This document shows positions 38,467 to 51,870 of a stretch of DNA of 64,000 bases, one piece after another. The notes beneath the pieces are model-generated. The model did no database searches. It had not been told where the DNA came from and worked only from the letters and a program-made list of their open reading frames with translations. This DNA comes from Mobula hypostoma (lineage: Eukaryota). Numbering within the stretch: position 1 is the first letter of the stretch; each line of letters begins with the position of its first letter. The translations under genes were made by a program, and so were the position numbers. The DNA lies in the NCBI RefSeq assembly GCF_963921235.1, contig NC_086108.1, positions 22,506,001 to 22,570,000 on the forward strand. The letters are read 5' to 3'.

Positions 38467-40690
38467 TCAAAGTTCAAAGTAAATTTATTATCAGAGTACA
38501 TGTATGTCACCATGTACAACCCTGAGATTCATTTTCTTATAGGCATACTCAATAAATCTATAAGAGAATCAATGAAAGACTGCACCAGCTGGGCATTCAA
38601 CCAGTGTGTAAAAGACAACCAACTATGCAAATGCAAAAAGAAATAATAAATAAATAGTACTGAGAACATCAGATGGAGTCCTTGAAAGAGAGTCCATAGG
38701 TTGTGGGGACACTTCAATGATGTGACAACTGAAATTGAGTGAATTTATCCCCTTTGGTTCAAGAGCCTGATGGTTGAGAAGTATTAACTGTTCCTGAACT
38801 TCAGTGGTGTGAGTCTTCTGTAGTGAGAAGGGAACATTACTTGCTTCAGCCTTCACTGTGGAAGACACTAGCTGTGTGCCAGAGGCCTGTGAGTGTCGGG
38901 GAGCAGGAGTGAGTGCCATTGCTATTACAGAGGAAAAAGTGTTAGGCAAACTGAAAGGTCTTAAGGTGGATAAGTCACCTGGACCAGATGGACCACATCC
39001 CAGAGGACTGAGAGAGGTTGCTGAAATGATAATGAAGACATTGGTCATGATCTTTCAAGAATCGCTTGACTGGCATGGTCCCGGAGGACTGGAAAGTTGC
39101 AAATGTCACTCCACTCTTTATAAAGGGAGGAAGACAAAAGGGAGGAAATTATAGGCCATTTGGCCTAACCTCAGTGGTTGGGGAAAGTGTTGGAGTCCAT
39201 TACTAAGGATGAGGTTTCAGGGTACTTGAAGACAAATGATAAAATAAGTCAAAGTCGGCATGGTTTCTGTAAAGGGAAATCTTGCCTGACAAATCTGTTA
39301 GAGCTCTTTGAGGAAGTAACAAGCATGGTGGACAAAGGAGAGGCAGTGGATGTCATTTAATTAGATTGCCAGAAGGCATTTGATAAGATACTTAATAAGA
39401 AAATCCTTTGGTGTTACAGGAAAGATACTGGCATGAATAGCAAAATGGCTGACAGGCAGGAGGCAACGAGTGGGAATAAGGGAGGTCTTTTCTAGTTGGC
39501 TGCCAGTGACTAGTGGTGTTCCTTGGGTGTCAGTATTGGGACCGCTACTTGTCACAATGTGATTGCAGCAGGAAATTGGAAGAATGGGCAAAAAATGGCA
39601 GATGGAATACAGTGTTGGGAAATGTATAATCATTTTGGTAAAAGGAACAAAAGTGTAGACTATTATCTAAATGGAGAGAAAATTCAAACATCAGAGGTGG
39701 TGCAAAGGGACTTCGGAGTCCATGTGCAAGACTCCCAGAAGGTTAATTCACAAGTTGTCTTTGATAAAGAAGGCAACTGCAATGTTGGCATTTATTTAAA
39801 AGGGAATAGAATATAAAAGGAAGGAGATAATGCTGAGGCTTTATAAGGATCCTTGGAGTATTGTCAACAGTTTTGGGCCCCTTATCTCAGAAAGGATATG
39901 TTGTCATTGGAGAGAGTCCAGAGGAGGTCCATGAGGATGATTCTGGGAATGAAGAGGTTAACATATGAGGAGTATTTGGCACGTTTGTGCCTGTACTCAA
40001 TGGAATTTAAAAGAATATGGGGGATCTCATTGAAACCTACCGAATGTTGAAAGGACTAGATGAGGTGGATATGGAGAGGATGTTTCCTCTGATAGGGGTA
40101 TCCAGAATTGAAGGGCACAGCCTCCAAATTGAGGGGTGACCTTTGTCCTAAGGAGGCATTTTTTTTTGGCCAAAGAGTGGTGAATCTGTGGAATGTTGTT
40201 GATAGATTCTTGATTGGTTGGGGCATCAAAGTATATGGTGAGGGCAGGTGTATGGGGTTGAATGTGATTTGGAATCAGCCATGATAAAATGGTGGTGCGG
40301 ATTTGATGGGCTGAATGGCCTAATTCTGCTCTTATGTCTTCTGGTCTTAAGTTCTTATGGACCTGGATGGTGGGTTTCCCTGATGATGGATGCTTATTTC
40401 CTGCCACAGCGCTCTGTCTAGATGTGCTCAATGGTAGGGATGGCTTTACTGTGATGACTACACCATATCCACTTTTTGTAGGATTTTCCAATCAAGGGCA
40501 TTCGTGTTTCCATACCAGGTTGTGATGTAGCCAGTCAATATACTATCCACCAGATATTTACAGAAGTTTGTCCAAGGTTTAGATGTCATGCCGAATGTTT
40601 GTGAACTCCTAAGGAAGCAGAGCCACTGCCGTGCTTTCTTCGTAATTGCACTTCCGTGCTGGGCCCAGAACAGGTCCTCTGAAATGAAAT
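38467..40690 (-). mobile_element. Rex1/Babar-like LINE remnant (38467-38820 and 40346-40690) split by a CR1 insertion
   Basis: 3'UTR/tail caaagttcaaagtaaatttatt..; RT remnant ccataccaggttgtgatg..ctcctaaggaagcagag. Confidence 0.6.
38836..40345 (+). mobile_element. CR1 LINE 3' part (same subfamily as 54940-56198)
   Basis: LKGLKVDKSPGPDG, HGFCKGKSCLTNLLE, EYCQQFWAPYLRKD; 3' gaatggcctaattctgctcttatgtctt. Confidence 0.85.
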
Positions 40691-43600
40691 CACTGACACC
40701 TGACTATAAATATGTACCAAATGGTTGGCCCCAAGTTACTTTTGGATAAATGTATATGGGCAACTAACTGGTGGGGTGATGTCTCAAGACTTAATAATCT
40801 AGGCATGTAGGATATCCCAGTGAAGATTTGCAGTGGGAATGGTAGGTAACAAGAGGACAATCATTTGGTCACAAGAACCTGAGCTTCCATATTAGAATGG
40901 GGTAATAGTGTAATTTGTAGTCGCACTGATACGCAATGTGTGAAAGCAACACTGAGTCGAGCAGGGTTTGGTTGACCTGTTTACTGTTTCAAACCACGCG
41001 TGCTAAAGTGCCCGCTCCCAGCATCCTCTGCTCTTTGTGGGGCGGAAGTGACGTCGGCTTCCGGGCTGAGGTCTGCTCTGCACTTGGAGTCCTTTCCATT
41101 GCTGCTGGCTGTGGACTCGCCCGCGACTGCTGGAGCCGGTTCGCTTGCCACGTGGGCGGGTTGCCACAAATTAACAAATTTCACGTCACATGCTGGTGAT
41201 AATAAACCTGATTCTGAAATGAATAGCATCTATAATACATCAGACCAGGGCCCATCAAAAGAACCATAGCATACATCATGATGCTGAAGCACTGTAAAAA
41301 ATATTATGCTATACCATTTGTGCATTGTCTGTTAGTTTATGCTGCAAACAACCCTTCTCCCTCTCATTTTCATACTCTTCCAGCATATTCTTCTTTCATT
41401 TCTTTTCATATCATATTCCTACAGCTTTGCCGTAAATTCAGGTAGGCTATTTGTCAAACCTTTATGTAGTTTGTAGTGCAATCCTCATTGTTACCACTCC
41501 TCTAGCAAAGAAATTTGTACAGAATTTCTAAAATGATTAATTAGCAATTATACCAATGGCCTGTAGTCTTGGATTTCTCCAAAAAGTGAATGATCTTTCA
41601 ACATATGGTCTCTAAAACACTTGCTTAATATTAAAGCTCTCCATTATAATCACTTATGACATTCTAAATCTTGAAGTCACAGTTTCATTGCAGTATAAAG
41701 AATCTTTAAAAATATAAACATACATCCCAAGGTAATTACAGAAATCTAATTGGACAGAGTGGATTTGTGTTAGGCAAAGGAGGAACTGCAGGGTTGGGAT
41801 GATCAAACACTCAATGAAAGGGAAAGACGATAAGGTGGTTCTTTGAGGAATGGATTGGGAGAATTGTAAGGATGGAGTTCCAGAATGTAATTGTAGTCAT
41901 GGCTGTGACTGGTGGGACAAAAAGAAGAGGGGTGCAGATCATGTTGGAATGAGGGGAAGAATGTGTTGTGGAATTGGAGACCAAGCAATTAGAATTGCGG
42001 CATGAGCAGGGGACAAAGGCAAGTATGATTAGAAAGAGCAAGGGTAGTGCAACTGTGCTTGGTAGTACAGAAGGGCATTGGAGGATTGTATAATTGACTA
42101 TACCAAAAACAGAGGAGAGTTTGCAGGTTCCGCTGTTCACAAGCACACAGGTGACAACCTGTATCCTCAGAGCTGTAGCAGGACCCAGAACAGGGTAGGC
42201 AATATTGAGCTTATTTTGTAGAAAAAGTCGGTGCAGATCTGGGATTGACAGAGCCGAGATGTTCCAGAGAAGAAGTCGGGTAAGGAGCAGTAAGTTGCAA
42301 GGGTGGAATTCTCAGGGAGGTGCTGACTGTGCCTTTGGAAGTGCTTGGGAACAGTTTGAAGAAAGCGAGCCATTTGTGGTCCAGTCAAATGTCGTCATGA
42401 CATCTGCTGTATAAGATGACCTGTAAAACATGATATGAAGGTCAATAGACTGGCTAATCTTGAGGAGCTACCTGCAATAGTGTCTTGATAATGGAAGCAA
42501 ATAAAAGCAATTTATTGTGTGTCTGGACTTTATTTTTTTGGAATTTAAATAGTGCTTTGTGCAGCACTAGTGCTGAAAGTTCATACAAAAATATGTCATG
42601 AAACTTGTTGAAAAGAGGTTAAAACAGTGCCATGGTGGTTTGCGTGCAGTATTTTCACCTTCAGTTCATGTATAGTTGCAGATAGAACTGCATGAAAGAA
42701 CTTGCACCTGCTGTCTTTTTGCAGGACTGAACATTGGGGGGGAAGGGCATCAAATCTTGAAAGAATTCTTCTTTCCCCAGCCCCCTTCTTCCCCTCCCTC
42801 CCCAAAAAAAATGAAGGAGGATGGACTGGGTGATTGAGTCATGTGTCATGGAGGGTTGTAAGCTCATTAAGTGTTGATGGATGACTGAAAGGGACTGGAG
42901 TGTGGGATGTGCAGTGTGGCACTCTGATTTGCTCAGTACAAAACAGGGTGCAATCACCCTGGAACAGTAAGGAATGAGGCATTTGAAAACCAGCAGATAC
43001 CGTGTGCAAGACACAGATACCAGAATCGAGCCTTTTTTATGGCATCATGGCAGCCCAATGTGCTCCTAGGCTTTTGTGAATGTTCAACCAAGCCTGTAAG
43101 ACATTCAAAGGATGCAGTTTCTGCAGATGCGGGCAGAAACGATGGTGTACAACTTGCAACGTCATCAGATGCACAATTGATATTGGGGAAATGCATCTGT
43201 ACTCTGAATTGAACTCAGTATCTAATGAGTCAGTTTTACAAATATCAAAGTTTAAAGTAAATATTATTAAAGTACATATATGTCACTATATAGTATTCAA
43301 AGATTCACTTTTTCAGGCATTCACAGAACAAAGAAATGCAGTAGAATCAATGAAGAACTACACCAAGACTGATAAACATCCAATTTGCAAAAGAAGACAA
43401 GGTGTACAAAAACAAATAATAATAAATATGAAAATTTGCCCTGGAAATCTAAAGCAACACACACAAAATGCTGGAAAAACTCAGCAGGCCAGGTAGCATC
43501 TATGGAAAAGAGTAAACAGTTGAGTTTGGGCTGAGACTTTTCTTCAGGACTGAGAAGGAAGGGGAAATAAACAAATAATACTGAGAATCCTTGAAAGTGA

Positions 43601-44147
43601 GTCCATAGGTTGTGTAATCAGTTCAGAGTTGAGGTGAGTGAAGTTACCCATGATGGTTCAGGAACCCAGTGGTTGAAGGGTAATCACTGTTCTGGAACCT
43701 GGTTGGCAATTCAACTTAAAGCAACTGCTAGTGTGATCTGATCTGGGTTAAACTGCCTCCATGCAGGTTTTGTACGTGTGTGTGGGGGGGGGGGGGAGGA
43801 GGAGGAGAGAGCAGGTGCTAAAGGATCCATTTTTTTGAACTGGTTGTCGATGATGTGCCTATGTTGCTTAGTTGTTCTTGCCCGTAAGTTCACTGTTAGG
43901 CCGTTGTACCACTGAAATACTATACAACTTTGGTTAATTCTATTTTAAGCAAGTATCAGGCTCCCATTTGAAGAGCAGCTGCTGAAGTTCTGTATTGTTT
44001 TGAGCCTGCATGTAGTAAATCACTTGTAAGTCTAACAAGTCATGCCCTTGACCCAAGAAAGTCCTTTCATGTCTTAGTTGTAACAAACCACCTGACCTGT
44101 TTGAAGGCTTTGGTAACGCTTTGGAGACGTAGAAGGTAGTTCATACG

Positions 44148-46160
44148 TAGAACATAGAATAGTACAGCACATTACAGGCCCTTCGGCCCACAATGTGCTG
44201 ACCCTCAAACCCTGCCTCCCATATAAGCCCCCACCTTAAATTCCTCCATATACCTGTCTAGTAGTCTCTTAAATTTCACTAGTGTATCTGCCTCCACCAC
44301 TGACTCAGACAGTGCATTCCACGCACCAACCACTCCCTGAGTAAATAAAATCTTCCTCTAATATCCCCCTTGAACTTCCCACCCCTTAGCTTAAAGCCAT
44401 GTCCTCTTGTATTGATCAGTGGTGCCCTGGAGAAGAGGTGCTGGCTATTCACTCTTATCTATTCCTCTTAATATCTTGTGTACCTCTATCATGTCTCCCC
44501 TCATCCTCCTCCTCTCCAAAGAGTAAAGCCCTAGCTCCCTTAATCTCTGATCATAATGCATACTCTCTTAACCCGACAGCATCCTGGAAAATCTCCTCTG
44601 TACCTTTTCCAATGCTTCCACATCCTTCTTATAGTGAGGCGACCAGAACTGGACACAGTACTCCAAGTGTGGCCTAACCAGAGTTTTATAGAGATGCATC
44701 ATTACATCGCGACTCTTAAATTCTATCCCTCGACTTATGAAAGCTAACACCCCATAAGCTTTCTTAACTACCCTATCTACCTGTGAGGCAACTTTCAGGG
44801 ATCTGTGGGCATGTACCCCCAGATCCCTCTGCTCCTCCACACTACCAAGTATCCTCCCATTTACTTTGTACTCTGCCTTGGAGTTTGTCTTTCCAAAGTG
44901 TACCACCTCACACTTCTCTGGGTTGAACTCCATCTGCCACTTCTCAGCCCACTTCTGCATCCTATCAATGTCTCTCTGCAATCTTCGACAATCCTCTACA
45001 CTATCTACAACACCACCAACCTTTAAGTTGTCTGCAAACTTGCCAACCCACCCTTCTACCCCCACATCCAGGTTGTTAATAAAAATCACGAAAAGTAGAG
45101 GTCCCAGAACAGATCCTTGTGGGACACCACTAGTCACAATCCTCCAATCTGAATGTACTCCCTCCACCACGACCCTCTGCCTTCTGCAGGCAAGCCGTTT
45201 CTGAATCCACCTGGCCAAACTTCCCTAGATCCCATGCCTTCTGACTTTCTGAATAAGCCTACCATGTGGAACCTTGTCAAATGCCTTACTAAAATCCATA
45301 TAGATCACATCCACTGCACTGCCCTCATCTATATGCCTGGTCACCTCCTCAAAGAACTCTGTCATGCTTGTTAAATACGATCTGCCCTTCACAAAGCCGT
45401 GCTGACTGTCCCTGATCAGACCATGATTCCCTAAATGCCCATAGATCCTATCTCTAAGAATCTTTTCCAACAGCTTTCCCACCACAGACGTAAGGCTCAC
45501 TGCTCTATAATTACCCGGTCTATCCATACTACCTTTTTTGAACAAGGAGACAACATTCGCCTCCCTCCAATTCTCGGGTACCATTCCGGTGGACAACGAG
45601 GACATAAAGATCCTAACCAGAGGCTCAGCAATCTCTTTCCTCGCCTCGTGGAGCAGCCTGCGAAATATTCTGTTAGGCCCCAGGGACTTATGCAGGAACT
45701 ATATGCATTTGTATATATGTCCCTAATGTATTTTAACAACTCCAACACCTCCTCTCCCTTAATATCAACATGCCCCAGAACATCAACCTCACTCATATTG
45801 TCCTCACCATCATCAAGTTCCCTCTCATTGGTGAATACCGAAGAGAAGTATTCATTGAGGACCTTGCTCACTTCCACAGACTCCAGGCACATCTTCCTAC
45901 CTTTATCTCTAATCGATCCTACCTTCACTCCTGTCATCCTTTTTTTCTTCACATAATTGAAGAATTCCTTGGGGTTTTCCTTTACCCTACTCACCAAGGC
46001 CTTCTCATGCTCCCTTCTTGCTCTTCTCAGCCCTCCTTAAGCTCCTTTCTTGCTTCCCTATATTCCTCAATAGACCCATCTGATCCTTGCTTCCTAAACC
46101 TCATGTATGCTGCCTTCTTCCACCTGACTAGATTTTCCACCTCACTTGTCACCCATGGTT
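44148..46160 (-). mobile_element. Relatively young 5'-truncated CR1 LINE (ORF2 RT with few disablements)
   Basis: ORFs 45497-45997, 45225-45605, 44568-45218 (YMDFSKAFDKVPH, VTSGVPQGSVLGPLLF, HLEYCVQFWSP); (TTCTA) tail complement at 44148-44160. Confidence 0.92.
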
Positions 46161-46344
46161 CCTCAACATTTGATGTTTCTGTTGGTGAGAATTGTAGGAG
46201 CATTATACTGTGTTGTTTCTATGTCAGTAGCACAATGTGAGACCCGTGGAAACTACAGGCCGTAGTTTCACTTATAAGGAAGTAGTAGTTTACTTAGTCC
46301 TAAGGTGTGCCTTGTCAGTCCATATTTTTTGTCACCATACCATT

Positions 46345-46505
46345 CCATCTTATTTTGGCTTCTGCTCCCTTCCTTTCCAGTCCTGATGAAGGGTCTCAAC
46401 CTGAAATGTTGAATGTTTATTCCCCTCCATAGATGCTGCCTGACTTGCTGAGTTCCTCTTGCATTTTGTGTGTTACTCAAGATTTCCACCATCTGCAGAA
46501 TCTCT
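46345..46505 (+). mobile_element. Penelope pLTR-derived mini-element with decayed hammerhead (46379-46414)
   Basis: agtcctgatgaagggtctcaacctgaaatgttgaat..gatgctgcctgacttgctgagttcct..catctgcaga. Confidence 0.75.
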
Positions 46506-49029
46506 TATGTCCGTATTATTGCGAATTCAAATCTCAAGTTATTCCACTTTCCTTGGTTCTAGACAAGCATCAATTTTGAACATATCAATTGCTTAACATG
46601 TATACTGTAGCTTCTCATGTGAAGAGTTAATATTTAATGACCCCACTGTGTAGTGAAGGTACCATCTAGATGAGGATGTAGGTTTACTAATGTACACATT
46701 AGAAGCCAGACTTTGGAATCTGCTCATCAACAACTGAATTATGTGTAATTACCTTCAAAGCTTGTGACGGAGCTTCCTTTACATCGATGTGCAGTAAATT
46801 CTTGGTGTTAGCATTGCAGAATAGGGTTTGTGATTTTTTTAAAATGCTTCAGTGCAAGGAGAATATTAGTTCTTACTGTCTTTTGTACTGAGATGCATTG
46901 AAGATTTTGTTATGCATGCTATCCATACAGGTTGTTTCAAAATGTAAGTATATCAAAGCGAGTACAAAAGGGAAAGCAGTAACAGTGGAGAAAAGAGTAT
47001 TACAGTTACAAAGCAAGTGCAGTGTAGACAGACAGAAGTAGTGTAAGGGACATGACGCTGTAGAATGAGAGGTCAAGAGTTTGTGTGCATGTACCATTGA
47101 TGCTTTCAATGGTGCATGCACACTCACACACCAGAGTGAGGTAGAGTGCAACAGAATCTCAACTCTCTCTGGCATCAGTTGATGGTTATCAAGGACTATG
47201 CTTGCAGTTCTACTTCAGCAGGAAATGGTGTGTAATGGGTGAGCAAAGAAGACTGAAGAGAAAATAGGTAGCATGATGGGGTAGTGGATCTTCCCCTGTT
47301 AGGGACCTATTGAGACCAGGAGGACACCTCTATTTCCCTCAGTCTCTGTTTTGTACGTGGGGGGGGGATGGGAGGGTAGGTTCAAAGGGGATGTGAGGGG
47401 TCGGTTTTTTATTTCGTGGTGGATGGCTGGTATGGTGGCAGATGCAAATCCATCAGAGGCTTTTAAGAGATGTTTAGATAGGCATATGAATGTGCGGAAG
47501 ATGGAGGGGTATGAACCTTGTCCAGGTAGGAGGGATTGGTTTTTGGGGGTTTTGGATTTGAGTTTTTAGTTGGTTCGGCACAACATTGTGAGCCGAGGGG
47601 CCAGTTCCTGACCAGTACTGTTCTATGTTGTATGAGTAGGCAGTGAGGAACCTGGAGCAAGGTGATGGTTGCCCTGTTGCCGCAAAACTGGAGCCAGATT
47701 TCCTTCATATTCTCAGTATTTACTGCTTGCAGAGAGCAGCTGGATGCAGGGTGGGTCTTGGGACTGATGGTAATGCTCTCCAATGTTGACTATTTAAGCT
47801 CACTTGTTGGCCAAAAAAAATACTCTGGGATAAAACTGACAGAGACTGAAAACTAAAAACATTTTTTCAGTGGAGGGGTAAGGGGAAAGATGAAGAAAGT
47901 ATTCAATGTTACTTTTTGGTTGGGGGAAAAAAAAGTAGTTTAGAGCTGCAAATATACTGTCTCCCAATTTAAATGATTTATGCTGATTATTTTCTTTTGT
48001 CCCCAGGATGGGCATGGTATTGAAGCTGATGAGATTGTTTTTAGTTTTGGAAAGAAGGCACAAAATGGAAATCAACAGCAGAGATCGCTGAACATTGTTA
48101 GAAGCTTTATGAAAACTTCCCTCAGTCTTTCAGGTTAAAGGTTACACTCTCATGTCTCAGTCCTCTTCATGGTAGACAGCACGCACCTCATTATGTTTAG
48201 AGAGTGTGGAGAAATGGAAAAAAAAATTGAATCAGGTAGGGTTGGACACAAACAATTTTTGGCATATCATAAAAAGTGAGAATTATTCTGAGGTTTGCAG
48301 GAAGGAAACTTTGTGTGAATTGTAACCTTTGGGATCATTAGTGCAGCCTCAAAGTGAAAAGCTCATGACGCAGGGAGACTTGCTCACAGCTTGTGGCCCA
48401 GTTTGAACTTTTAACAATAAAGGTCACCCTCTGATGATTTTAATATGCAAGAGAAGGGGTGAACGTTCATTTCCTCCCTTGCCATTGTGGTGTGACTCTC
48501 AACCTCCCAGGTTTTTTTGAATCCATCTGTTAGGGAGGTGAGAGGCTTCCCCCCAGTAAGAGCCATTCGTACATATAATTCCATTGTTGGTGAGCAGGTT
48601 CCAAGCTCTGGCTTCTAGTATGTACAACAATAAACCTACATCCTCCTCTAGAATAGAAATGGTAAGTATTAGAAAGCAGAGTTTAAGATGAGGGGGGCAA
48701 GTTGAAGGGAGTTTTTAGGAGACAAGTTTTTTAAAAATAGGTAAGGGTCGGTGCCTGGAATGTACTGCCAGAGAAAGTGGTAGCAGTAGGTACAATAGCA
48801 AACTTAAAAACTATTATGACAGACGGAATAGAGGGATATGGACTTGGTGCAGGCAAAGGAGATTAGTTTCAATTTGTGTCACAGTCAGGCTTGTTCCTGT
48901 GCTATACTCTGAATACTTTGAGCTTTGCCCACACCACCACCTCTTCAGGCAGCATATTTATGTACTTTTTTTTAAAAATTAAGATATATCTTGGAATAGG
49001 CTCTTCCAGCCCTAATCACAGACATTTTG

Positions 49030-49190
49030 CAGTGACCAATTAACCTACCAGCCAGTGCGTCTTTGGAAGGAAACCCATGTGGTCACTGGGAGGACGTACA
49101 GATTCTTTACAGGCAGCAGTGAGAATTGAACCCAGATCGCTGGTACTGTAAAGTGTTGTGCTGGCCACTATGCTACTGTGCTGCCCCACA
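49030..49190 (-). mobile_element. HE1/V-SINE-like fragment
   Basis: gaccaattaacctaccagccagtgcgtctttgga..gaattgaaccc. Confidence 0.6.
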
Positions 49191-50149
49191 ATATTTTAGA
49201 CTCAAACCACCCTCTGTTTTAAAAATTCCTCCTCAATCTCTACTTCAATTCTCTTGCCTTGAACCTATGCTGTCCTTCCAGAGAGAAACAGATTTTTACC
49301 TTCTATCCACTGGGTAATGAGAAGAAAGTCGAGATCAGTTTCAAAAACTGAAAGGAGTGTGTATTTGTCTTTCCTTAAGGAGCACTATTGAAAGGATACT
49401 TCCAACAAACAACAGGACATTATCATAGTACTGTATAATTTTGTGTAAATCTCTATCTGTTTATGTTCACGAGTCCAGTCCCAAAGTTACCACACCTTGC
49501 TGTCCACAAAGTTGGCTTCATCACTCATTTCCAAGGCAGTATGATTGAGGAGTCAGATCTGGCCTGATAACTTCAAATGCCACAGCTCTTTGCGTGTGAA
49601 ATGTATGTGGCCCACTTAACACCTCCTTGTAGTTCATCTTATATGGCCTTTATTGTGGCACAGTTTGCTCACACTGTAAAAGAAAATTAACACAACATGC
49701 TGGTTTTAAAAGGTGCAAGAAGGATCAGGAACCATGTAAGTGCAGGGCAACAGATTGCATGCTGCCTTTAGCAGAATGCACACAATATAATTCGGCTGCT
49801 TGGCCTGTGCTCCATTGTTAAGTGCAGTTAGAATTTTTGACAGCTCTTGCTCATTCCTGATACATTTTAGGCACTTTGTCAGCTTTGACACTGCATACAT
49901 AGACTAAGTGCTGGGTGATCATCCAACACTCCCCTTCAATGATTTGGTCCTCAAACCAGCAATCTCTACTTCAATATGCCAACACTATAACCATTTTGAT
50001 AAAGTTGCACTGAAATGGACTTAAATTATGCACAAATTTTATAAGATAGAAAAAAAATTGTTTAATTGATGCTTTCTTCTGAATGATGCTTTTATATTGT
50101 TAAGTACCTGTGATGCCTCTGCAAGTAAGATATTCATTGCATCTGTACA

Positions 50150-50757
50150 TGGTTGAGTTGAGGCCTCTGTCAGTCAATTTTGACCATGGATATTGCATCC
50201 TAGCTGCCTATATATGCAAGCCTGGGCAGTATGATACGAAGAGCAAGCTGTTGCTCATGTAGCAAGCTCCTTATCACAGCTTATCTGATGAACCGAAAGG
50301 AGCAGTAGAGACCGATTATAGTTTGGCATCAGCAGTGTCACAGGAGCTGCCATTCAGCATTGAACTCAATGTAGGACTGCTTTGGGGACTCCAGCTCCAG
50401 ACTTTTCCCTCGGGGGGCGGGGAGGTGGGGTTTACGCTCGACGCCTTCCACATGAGTGGGTATAGCTTCAAGGCAGCAGAGGTTTGAGATCAGAGTTTTC
50501 CTTCTAGATGAGCTGCTGACCATGGCTAACGAGCCCCACCTGCCCAAAGTGACTGGTTTTAAGGTGCCAATAACCTGCCTTTGCCCCTTCGGTCAGTAGA
50601 AACGGTTCTGCTGGATTTAGTAGCTAAGCCATATATGAAGACCGGGAGCTAGACTTCGTTGTCAGAGGCTATTTGAGGCCCATGCCATTGGGAGCATTTA
50701 ATAGGTAGTGGGAATTTGTCCCCATTACCATCCCCAGCTATAACAACCTTAAGGAAT
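50150..50757 (-). mobile_element. RTE-related non-autonomous retroelement, probably near full length
   Basis: Shares ~380 bp with 5522-5905 and extends ~200 bp further 5'; no ORF. Confidence 0.7.
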
Positions 50758-51870
50758 CAACTGTACATATATGTACTTGTATATATGAGAATAAACTCTA
50801 ATTGGAGTTTGACTTTGTAGAACATGCCATTTGTGGCTCCGGGTCTTCTCTCTGATGGCCAGGAGCTTGTAGATTCAAGTTTTCCTTCAGAGAACTGAAA
50901 ACTTGAAGGACAGCATCTCTGACGGTACCAGCACTTCCTCAAAGTGTCTATCTGTGCATTATGCTGGTGTATTTGGGTTGCAGATTCAAACTTGAGATCT
51001 TCGAATGTGCAAACCATTACAGCTGTGATGATCTCTCACTCACAAGTGATATGACTTTGGGACTGGCATTGCCATTGCATTAAATACCAGTATACTCCAC
51101 TCTGTATCTCCACGCCTACTAATTTTTGCCATGATCTGGCTGGAATTAGATTAATTATGCATGGAATTTGCATCAGGAAACCCAGTGCTTTGACTGAACC
51201 TACACTATTCTAACTCACTGTAATGCAACCAGTAAAGTTTTAGGCACTAACATAGTTCCTTTTTTCTATATATTCCCTTCCACCCAACTATTAATTGTCA
51301 GTTACTACTCGAGTTGTACATTGAGAAGGCAGACTGGGTGTCAGGTGCTGATGTCACTGATGAGAAGTTTCTCTGGTAAGCCTTTTTCTTGAAGTCTGAA
51401 CCATCTTTATGAATGCTATTCTTCAAAATATTTATTATGGGGAAATTATGACAAAGATTTTTGATTAGAGGAGAGATCATACTGGATCTTGTACTAGTCA
51501 GTGAACCTGGTCAAGTGATAGATCTCTTGGTGTGCGAGTATTTCAGAGATGGTGACCACAGCTCCCTAACTTTTAGCACTGCTGTAGACAAGGATAGGTA
51601 TGGAAACAGAAGAGATTCTGTAGGTGCTGGAAATCTAGAGTAATGCACACAATGTGCTGGAGGAACTCAGCAGGTTAGGCAGCATGGAGGGGAATGAACA
51701 GACGATGTTTTGAGTGTGGGGATGTATGTAATTGGAGGAGGGCAAATTAGGATTGTGTTGGGCAGAAATGTGGAACTGTAAATCTAAAGCTTTTCAAGGA
51801 AATTCACAGTGGAACTGTGAAGTTTATTTATGGAGCACTTCCATGGGATTCTGTATAGCTTTGTCCCACT

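Noticed and set aside
45690..45722. ~28-bp AT-rich insertion in the young CR1 ORF2
   Set aside because: Most simply repair filler DNA; no TIR, TSD or second copy seen
48619..48661. Short segment before a strong GTAAGT donor
   Set aside because: The peptide does not resemble ADAMTSL sequence; a lone donor motif is expected by chance
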